Translations under genes and position numbers: made by a program
DNA from: a virus
IMG/VR virus record: IMGVR_UViG_3300017963_000235
Location: 1-64,000 of that record
Strand: one strand, 5' to 3'
Length of the DNA: 64,000 nt
The notes under the pieces: model-generated
Seen by the model: only the letters and a program-made list of their open reading frames with translations
Database searches by the model: none
Told to the model about the DNA's origin: nothing
Shown here: positions 18,885 to 24,888 of the stretch, one piece after another
Layout: each line of letters begins with the position of its first letter
How positions within the stretch are numbered: position 1 is the first letter of the stretch

Positions 18885-19003
18885 TTGACAGAAGATGGGT
18901 AATTGGTAGTCTGAACACGTCAATTACCTCTCTTCTGTACCTGGTTGTTGACTCCCTTGCCGGAGCTCTATGAGGTCGTCTCTAGAGTTTCCGGTTTTTT
19001 TTT
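18885..19003 (+). ncRNA. candidate sRNA gene with its own promoter and terminator
   Basis: TTGACA 18885-18890, N16, TAGTCT 18907-18912; stem GTCAATTACC/GGTTGTTGAC with CU-rich loop; terminator hairpin 18960-18994 plus T9; no ORF. Confidence 0.55.
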
Positions 19004-19005
19004 GC

Positions 19006-19126
19006 TTGACAATAGATACGGATACCCTAATACAGAAGGTACCCCAACCCGATTGTTAGTGCTCACCCGCTAACAAGACGATCCCCTAGGGGCTAAGGCA
19101 AACGCTTTAGCCCCGTTTTTATTTTT
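19006..19126 (+). ncRNA. second candidate sRNA gene with its own promoter and terminator
   Basis: TTGACA 19006-19011, N16, TAATAC; hairpin TTGTTAGTG-CTCACC-CGCTAACAA; terminator GGGGCTAAGGC-AAAC-GCTTTAGCCCC plus T tract; no ORF. Confidence 0.55.
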
Positions 19127-19128
19127 GG

Positions 19129-20094
19129 CTACATTAAACGATACAACAAATTCAAGTGCGGGTTTTCTTGATAGAATAGGTTGGTTAAAAGGTGGGTTAT
19201 GACATCTACTGTAAAGGAGTTCCCTAAGGCTTTATATCGCTGAGAGTTAGAGATACCTTCAGTGTATCCGTCCTCAAAAGTCTGAAGCCGTTCACATTCT
19301 ATCGGGGTTAGTTTTCGGACATAAGATAATGGGGTTTTCACATTTAGACGATTACAAAAGGAGGTTAGTGCAGGTGCTTTCCCTCGACTATCATACACTC
19401 TATTTTGCATGTAGGGCTGTTTACCTCCGCTTTCCTTAGAGGGGTTAACTTGTATGACCAAATGATTATTGTGTTCCCAAGAAGAAGAAGAAAGACAAGG
19501 GGTCTTACCATCCATAGCCCGCAGGCCTCCGGGGTTATTCCCTCTACCTTTTTGTTGGATTAACACTGTTTCAGAATGGATTGGAGGGTCTATTATATGT
19601 CGCAGCAGGATTCCACGATCCGTAGGTTGTTTGGTTCTCCAGTTACACCAGTACAGGCGTTGTCTATTTTGGGCGCTAACTAATGCGCTATTGATTTGGG
19701 TAGGATCCACCTTTAGAAGATCTGTTATCACTTGCCTGTATTCCTGCTTCATTCGTACATTCTCTAAAAGAAAGTATTTAGGTTTGAAATGGTTTAGGCA
19801 GTTTAGGAATTCGAAAAATAGTTTACTTCTAGGATCATTAAAATTGAGCTGTTTACCTGCAAAAGAGAATCCTTGACAGGGCGATCCCCCTATTAAAAGA
19901 TCGATGGTAGGGAGATCCCAGGTTTTCCATTGGGTGATATCCCCTAATTGTACCGTGTCTGGGAAGTTTTGTTGAGTTACTTTGATTGCATGCTTATTAA
20001 CTTCACTAGCGAAGTAGTTAGTTACTTTTAAGGGAGACCTTAGGAGTGCTACTTGAGCCCCGCTAATACCGTCAAAAAGAGATAGAACATTCAT
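19129..20094 (-). CDS. dcm: DNA cytosine-C5 methyltransferase
   Basis: VLSLFDG, GDI, GGSPCQGFS, LLENV, QNRQRLYW, RKLTPIECERLQ, RYKALGNS. Confidence 0.95.
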   Translation of the reverse strand: MNVLSLFDGISGAQVALLRSPLKVTNYFASEVNKHAIKVTQQNFPDTVQLGDITQWKTWDLPTIDLLIGGSPCQGFSFAGKQLNFNDPRSKLFFEFLNCLNHFKPKYFLLENVRMKQEYRQVITDLLKVDPTQINSALVSAQNRQRLYWCNWRTKQPTDRGILLRHIIDPPIHSETVLIQQKGRGNNPGGLRAMDGKTPCLSSSSWEHNNHLVIQVNPSKESGGKQPYMQNRVYDSRGKAPALTSFCNRLNVKTPLSYVRKLTPIECERLQTFEDGYTEGISNSQRYKALGNSFTVDVITHLLTNLFYQENPHLNLLYRLM

Positions 20095-20109
20095 AATCAC
20101 CTTTCATTA

Positions 20110-20222
20110 GAGACCTTAGTAGAGAACACTATTTGGAAATTGGTTGGAAGGTGGATAGATGCAGTCTCCTGCAAGTGATGTGTTACAGCGAAGATAAGTG
20201 AAGTGCTCTCTACTAAGGTCTC
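20110..20222 (-). ncRNA. structured 5' leader or sRNA closed by a 21-bp stem, upstream of the C5 methyltransferase
   Basis: Arms 20110-20130 and 20202-20222; the single non-Watson-Crick pair is G-U only on the - strand; promoter TTGACA(20258-20253)-16-TAGAAT immediately upstream. Confidence 0.6.
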
Positions 20223-20280
20223 ATAATTCTATTCTAGGGTGTGTAGTCTGTTTGTCAATAGGGCAATCAGAAAAAAATAA

Positions 20281-20320
20281 AATTAATTTCTATTGACAAT
20301 AAGTAATAACAGAGTAAAAA
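20281..20320 (+). promoter_or_regulatory. early-type promoter (TTGACA-16-TAAAAA), divergent from the methyltransferase promoter
   Basis: TTGACA 20293-20298. Confidence 0.65.
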
Positions 20321-20337
20321 GGGGGTAGGAGGTTTTT

Positions 20338-21666
20338 ATGAAAATAATTGGATTTCAAATTGTAGGCATTAGAAAGATTAATCTGTTAGAAATGGAACTC
20401 ACCGATAAAGGTTTGATTCCTATTAAAGGAGGTAACAGGCAGGGTAAGACCACGATTCTTGATAGCCTTGAGATGCTCTTTATGGGCAAGAAGACTATCC
20501 CTGCTGATGTGGTTCAGAAAGGGCGTAAGAGAGGTAGGATTGAAGCTACCTTGGCTGATGGGGATGACACATATGTGATCACCAGAGAGATAGCCAAAGG
20601 GGGTAAAACTCGACTGAAGATTACCCAAAATGGTAAGGCCTTCAAGGATAAGCCGGAATCATTCCTCAAGTCCCTGGTAAACATTCTCACATTCGATCCC
20701 CGTCCTTTCATGGATAAATCTGATAAAGAGAAACTGTCATTTATGATGGAGCTCCTTAATATCGATCTCTCCGATTTGGAAACGGAACACGCGGAGACCT
20801 ATCAGGGGCGTAGGGATATTGGCAGAGACATCAAATCTATAGGGGATCTTGTTCCAGTTCCTAAGACAGAGAAGGTAGATGTTCAGAAGATTCTTCTTGA
20901 GAAGGAGAGAATCAAAGAGAGTAATGAAACTTGCCGTAAAGGGATTGAGGAATCTAACCAGGCGCTGCGGGATGAGATCTCCAAACGGCAGAAACATGAA
21001 TCAACCCTTGAATCACTTAAGGTAGAAAGGGGGCGGTTAGAGGAAGTGCTGAGGCAGGCACAATCAGATCTGGAGGTTGTGAAAGCTCGTATTGATAACG
21101 GGGAGAGGTATCTTGCTGATCAGCCCGATTTGGAAGAGCCTAAAGAGTTCATCCCGGAATCTACCGAGGAGCTGGATCAGAAACTTGCTAACGCTGCGGA
21201 GATTAATGAGAAGGCTAGCGCCTATGCTGCGTATCTAGAGCGTCGTAAGGAGAAGGAGGAGTTAGAGAATACCTATGACGATATGACGGAGGCTCTTGAG
21301 AGGATTAAAACCCGCAAACAGGAGAGATTGTTAAAGGCACCTCTTCCGGTTGAAGGCCTTCAGATTGTCATTGAGGATCCTGATAAAGAGGATGGGGTGT
21401 ACTTTAATGGGATTCATTCGGCTAACTGGAGTGAGGCTGAGAGTATGCGGATTTCCTCAGAGTTATGCCTTGGAATGCAGCCCGAACTAAGAGCTCTATT
21501 CATTGACCGGGGAGAGGCTTATGATCCTGAGGGGCTTAAACAGCTCGATACTTGGGCCAGAGATAAGGATCTTCAAGCTATCATAACGATGGTTTCTCCT
21601 ATCCCTGATGTGTTGGAGCCTGGAGTATTCTACATCGAAGAGGGAGAACTTCTTTCAAATCCTTAG
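20338..21666 (+). CDS. SMC/Rad50-like (AAA_23) coiled-coil ATPase
   Basis: Walker A GGNRQGKTT, long coiled coil, degenerate signature SEAE, Walker B region LFIDRGE. Confidence 0.85.
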   Translation: MKIIGFQIVGIRKINLLEMELTDKGLIPIKGGNRQGKTTILDSLEMLFMGKKTIPADVVQKGRKRGRIEATLADGDDTYVITREIAKGGKTRLKITQNGKAFKDKPESFLKSLVNILTFDPRPFMDKSDKEKLSFMMELLNIDLSDLETEHAETYQGRRDIGRDIKSIGDLVPVPKTEKVDVQKILLEKERIKESNETCRKGIEESNQALRDEISKRQKHESTLESLKVERGRLEEVLRQAQSDLEVVKARIDNGERYLADQPDLEEPKEFIPESTEELDQKLANAAEINEKASAYAAYLERRKEKEELENTYDDMTEALERIKTRKQERLLKAPLPVEGLQIVIEDPDKEDGVYFNGIHSANWSEAESMRISSELCLGMQPELRALFIDRGEAYDPEGLKQLDTWARDKDLQAIITMVSPIPDVLEPGVFYIEEGELLSNP

Positions 21667-21684
21667 GTTGTGATTTTCTTTTCT

Positions 21685-21757
21685 AATTATCTCTTTTTCT
21701 GTTGACAATAAATTAGAGATGGGGTAGAACTAGATTAGTGAGGCAATGACGCCTCAC
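21685..21757 (+). promoter_or_regulatory. early-type promoter (TTGACA-17-TAGAAC) plus leader hairpin GTGAGGC-AATGAC-GCCTCAC
   Basis: TTGACA 21702-21707, TAGAAC 21725-21730, perfect 7-bp hairpin 21738-21757. Confidence 0.8.
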
Positions 21758-21776
21758 CGATTCTAAGGAGATTCAC

Positions 21777-22058
21777 ATGAACCCTACTAAAAGCCACACT
21801 CAGAGAGCCTGCATCAAGATGAGAAATAACGAACCTATGACTTCCATGGAAAAATCCCTTGTTGCGCTTAAGGCTACTCCTGTGGTTACGGAATCCGGTA
21901 AACTGTGTGTCTCTGTGGCCTTCAACGATGGGGAGCCCCTGGTTAAAGATTATGTGGTTATAACTAGTCTCGGATCCGTCAACCTGTATCTTAGGGTGGG
22001 TTCTGTTCGGGTTGATTGGGATAAGGGCGTTACTATCTGTAGTGTGTATCAGGATTAG
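21777..22058 (+). CDS. hypothetical early protein
   Basis: SD AAGGAG. Confidence 0.65.
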   Translation: MNPTKSHTQRACIKMRNNEPMTSMEKSLVALKATPVVTESGKLCVSVAFNDGEPLVKDYVVITSLGSVNLYLRVGSVRVDWDKGVTICSVYQD

Positions 22059-22356
22059 GGGGTTCATTGTGTTTCCATCGGCTACAACTTACTGGACTAT
22101 GATAGTCCCCAAGATTAGGGTTAGAGCTAAGGGCTGCTGTGAAGAATGCGGCAGGAAAGATTTCCTATGGGTGACAGCTAAGAAGGATTTAGAGGATTGG
22201 GAGTACCTGGAGATAACAGGTGTGCAGCCTTTACCCTTGGAGAAGTCGAATCTTATAGCGGTATGTTATCGGTGTGCTGGCCCCTTCCTTGTGATCGCTG
22301 AGCTCTATCAGGCGTCTAAAAAGAAGTATTATCAAAGGGAGTTACAATTTGATTAA
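22012..22356 (+). CDS. degenerate HNH-like protein (true start probably downstream of 22058)
   Basis: RAKGCCEECG...SNLIAVCYRC; catalytic His residues not evident; ends QRELQFD. Confidence 0.45.
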   Translation: MIGIRALLSVVCIRIRGFIVFPSATTYWTMIVPKIRVRAKGCCEECGRKDFLWVTAKKDLEDWEYLEITGVQPLPLEKSNLIAVCYRCAGPFLVIAELYQASKKKYYQRELQFD

Positions 22357-22359
22357 CTT

Positions 22360-22432
22360 ATTTTTCTTTTTTCTCTTGACAATATTTCTCTATGTTCTAT
22401 AACTATAAGTAGTGAGGCAATGACGCAGCACT
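22360..22432 (+). promoter_or_regulatory. early-type promoter (TTGACA-16-TATAAC) plus leader hairpin
   Basis: TTGACA 22376-22381, TATAAC 22398-22403, AGTGAGGCAATGACGC shared with 21737. Confidence 0.8.
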
Positions 22433-22452
22433 AACCCCAAAGGAGACCTAAC

Positions 22453-22827
22453 ATGACACCTTCCAAATTCAACATCACCAATGATAAATTTTCCTCTGAC
22501 TCTGCTATTGTGACTTTCGATGAGTTCATTGAGCTCTGTGAGTCCCTGGATTGGGAGCCTGAGATGGTCCGCGAGGGCAACAACGAGCACGGCGAATGGA
22601 GTCTCATGCACGGTGACGAGTGCGTAGGCCCCGAAATCTGTTCAGAGAATAACCTGTATCTGGTTAACGGATACGCTGGGGAGTGGGATGATGCGGTTAT
22701 TGAGGCCGCTAGTGGGTACGCTGCTGCTAGAGAATACGCAGACAATTTCCCATCTATAGACCCCGCATGGCATAAGATGCGCCTTAGTGTTAACGGGTGC
22801 CTGGTGGAGATTCCTGTTAATAACTAA
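22453..22827 (+). CDS. highly acidic early protein
   Basis: About 24 D/E versus about 6 K/R in 124 aa (hand count); SD AAAGGAG. Confidence 0.7.
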   Translation: MTPSKFNITNDKFSSDSAIVTFDEFIELCESLDWEPEMVREGNNEHGEWSLMHGDECVGPEICSENNLYLVNGYAGEWDDAVIEAASGYAAAREYADNFPSIDPAWHKMRLSVNGCLVEIPVNN

Positions 22828-22833
22828 CATATA

Positions 22834-22996
22834 CCCCACGCGGCGATTACGTATCAAAGCGTGGGGACAACGTACACCGGGTAAGCTCTGAAAGGTTCCT
22901 GTGAATATTCTAGACCACAGTATAGCTTAGTAAGGTTGGCTGCTATTAACGGTGCTACCCCATGGAGGCGATCACGTTCAAATCCATGGGACAGCC
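22834..22996 (+). ncRNA. unassigned structured RNA with a repeated loop motif
   Basis: Two 8-bp stems of different sequence enclose GGCGATTACGTATCAAA and GGCGATCACGTTCAAA. Confidence 0.55.
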
Positions 22997-23030
22997 GCAA
23001 TAAAGCGGAGTGTTTAAAGGAGATCGATTA

Positions 23031-23342
23031 ATGACTAAAGCCCAGATACTTAAACAACTCACAGATGCCGGTATTGAGACATCTCAGGTGAATCCTGTCG
23101 CCCTTAGGTACAATTCTCACAAAGGAGTGTGGGAGTCCATGAAAAATTATCCTAAGATTAAAATCGTCAATAATACCGTTGAGGTTGTGGTTACCGATAA
23201 GTACGGCGAGTGTGATATAGATGCTACAAACGATCTTATGGACCTGGTGAAGGATGCATTAGCAAGTAGCGCGACTTGGGACCCCTACACTAGAGTGTAT
23301 AAGGTTCCTGCTTGTAGAATGTGGGAAGTTTGTTCTTTTTAG
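23031..23342 (+). CDS. hypothetical protein
   Basis: SD AAAGGAG before ATG 23031. Confidence 0.65.
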   Translation: MTKAQILKQLTDAGIETSQVNPVALRYNSHKGVWESMKNYPKIKIVNNTVEVVVTDKYGECDIDATNDLMDLVKDALASSATWDPYTRVYKVPACRMWEVCSF

Positions 23343-23358
23343 ATTAGTTTAAAATTTC

Positions 23359-23722
23359 GGGCGTGAAATAGATTCGACATGGAAAGAGAGGATACTGATT
23401 GCACCCAAGAGAAGCGTGAGGCTCTTGTAAAACTCCACGTACCTAAATAATTCAGAACGATGAATTAAAACAAGCTGCCGCTTAGGTAGCCTCCCTAGAG
23501 TTGATTCCTGCTAGATTCTAGGGAGACATTAGCGGGATAGTGGATCAGAAAGACCTGGTAGGCGTTACACCTCTGAGACACGATAAAAGATCGCTTTGTT
23601 GTCTACCGGGAGATTGAGTTTGTTCGTTCGTAAATCTCCTACCAACACAAACGGACTATGGTGTAACGAGTCAGTATATTATTTTTCCGTGGACACCGGG
23701 GCAGTACCGGTCACGTCCACCA
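23359..23722 (+). ncRNA. ssrA: tmRNA (one-piece)
   Basis: 5' GGGCGTG-AAATAGATTCGAC; 3' CACGTCC-A-CCA giving a G3-U wobble; pseudoknot 1 CAAGAG/CTCTTG and CGTG/CACG; tag frame 23453-23485 QNDELKQAAA*. Confidence 0.95.
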
Positions 23723-23730
23723 TTGATAGG

Positions 23731-23898
23731 GTTAGTTGCTATGTGTCCTAGGGATTAGACTTACCTCCTTTAGTCTCCCTTGGAGAGCAACCTAACGATT
23801 ACAGTTTCCTCATTCCTGGGTCATTGACTGTAATTGTTTGAGATGAGCAAGAATACACTTTGCTGGTCTAAGGATTCGCGTCCCTGCCCTATCTCAAA
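23731..23898 (+). ncRNA. three back-to-back stem-loops downstream of tmRNA
   Basis: 23731-23796 (loop TACCTCCTTT), 23796-23836 (CGATTACAGTT/GACTGTAATTG), 23837-23898 (TTTGAGAT/ATCTCAAA). Confidence 0.55.
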
Positions 23899-23949
23899 TT
23901 TCTCTTGAAACTATTTCGAGAGTGGTTATCTTTTCAATAGGAGATCGTA

Positions 23950-24117
23950 ATGTTGCTTTTATTAACCCTCATCATAGCAATTCTAAACTGCTCTAGAGCT
24001 GTTGTGATATTCTTCCTTAACGCTGGGGGTATGTTCTACTCCATGAAGGAAGCTATAGGGCTCACTTCAACCAAACCCAAATGCTCTTTTAGAGTCTACA
24101 AGGAAGGCTTTCCTTAG
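23950..24117 (+). CDS. small hydrophobic protein (55 aa, not in ORF track)
   Basis: SD AGGAG, ATG 23950, MLLLLTLIIAILNCSRAVVIFFL...; possible promoter TTGAAA...TATCTT upstream. Confidence 0.45.
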   Translation: MLLLLTLIIAILNCSRAVVIFFLNAGGMFYSMKEAIGLTSTKPKCSFRVYKEGFP

Positions 24118-24126
24118 ATGCTATAT

Positions 24127-24350
24127 CGGGGTGTTAGCGTGAGCAGTCGTTAACCTCCCGCCCAAAACATCCAAACCCATAGCTTCGGTAACGGGGTTAT
24201 GGGTGGCGTATACAAAGTGTGGTTCCCATGATGAAGGATCAAAACCGCACCGTTTGCCCGCGTGAAGGGTGTAAGAAAATCCAGATGACCCAGTTAGAAT
24301 AGCGTTATGAGGTTATCAGGTCGTCCTAGGGTATGACGAAAACTACCCTT
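24127..24350 (+). ncRNA. unassigned multi-hairpin structured RNA preceding tRNA-Pro
   Basis: At least five stems, including ACCCATAGCTTCG-GTAA-CGGGGTTATGGGT, GTGTGGTT/AACCGCAC, GATGACC/GGTCGTC and AGGGTA/TACCCT. Confidence 0.5.
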
Positions 24351-24353
24351 TAT

Positions 24354-24427
24354 CGGAGTATAGCTCAGTCTGGTAGAGTACTCGGTTTGGGGCCGAGATG
24401 TCGTGGGTTCGGATCCCACTACTCCGA
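24354..24427 (+). tRNA. tRNA-Pro(TGG)
   Basis: Acceptor CGGAGTA/TACTCCG, D arm with TGG, anticodon arm CTCGG-TTTGGGG-CCGAG, T arm GTGGG-TTCGGAT-CCCAC; CCA not encoded. Confidence 0.93.
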
Positions 24428-24432
24428 CACTA

Positions 24433-24516
24433 GCCCGAATGGCGAAATTGGTAGACGCGACAGACTTAAAATCTGTTAAGAGAAATCTTGTATCGGTTCG
24501 ATTCCGATTTCGGGCA
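24433..24516 (+). tRNA. tRNA-Leu(TAA)
   Basis: Acceptor GCCCGAA/TTCGGGC, anticodon arm ACAGA-CTTAAAA-TCTGT, long variable arm, TTCGATT loop; CCA not encoded. Confidence 0.93.
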
Positions 24517-24552
24517 CTGTGTTATCGTCAGCACTTAACGGTGGAGGCGTCT

Positions 24553-24581
24553 AGGGCGAGGAGACTCGCCCATTTTTTTTT
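24553..24581 (+). terminator. intrinsic terminator closing the RNA island
   Basis: GGGCGAG-GAGA-CTCGCCC followed by A and a T run. Confidence 0.8.
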
Positions 24582-24596
24582 ACATGGAGGATCGTC

Positions 24597-24818
24597 ATGC
24601 TCACAACTATTTGGGTTAAAGAGTTAATAAAAGGCAAAGATACACCATTGAATCATGGGTCATTCGATGTCCCGTTTATCCCACACAAAGGGGATTACGT
24701 ATTTTTAAAGATGCACGTTAAAGGGGGCATGGGGCGGTACGAGGTTATTTCTAGATATTGGACTGAGAATTTCACAGCTTGTACTTTAGTTGTGGTGTTT
24801 CTTGACGAAGTGAAATAA
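24597..24818 (+). CDS. hypothetical protein
   Basis: SD GGAGG. Confidence 0.6.
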   Translation: MLTTIWVKELIKGKDTPLNHGSFDVPFIPHKGDYVFLKMHVKGGMGRYEVISRYWTENFTACTLVVVFLDEVK

Positions 24819-24888
24819 ATCAATTCAGGCATTAGACAAAATACAGGGGATCCGATAACGTAACAGTAATTACTGGAGAGTTATCGGT

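Noticed and set aside
23837-23898. Additional tRNA gene
   Set aside because: Has a closing stem and a TTCG-containing mini-hairpin but no D arm or anticodon arm; kept only as an unassigned hairpin
24073-24093. KPKCSFR peptide shared between the 55-aa ORF and ORF 8780-9196
   Set aside because: Seven residues with unrelated flanks; cannot be distinguished from chance
24260-24350. RNase P RNA or hammerhead ribozyme
   Set aside because: GAAAATCC only loosely resembles GAGGAAAGUCC, with no matching 3' P4 strand; no CUGAnGA plus GAAA core with the required stems
24403-24627. 74-aa ORF
   Set aside because: Overlaps tRNA-Pro, tRNA-Leu and a terminator
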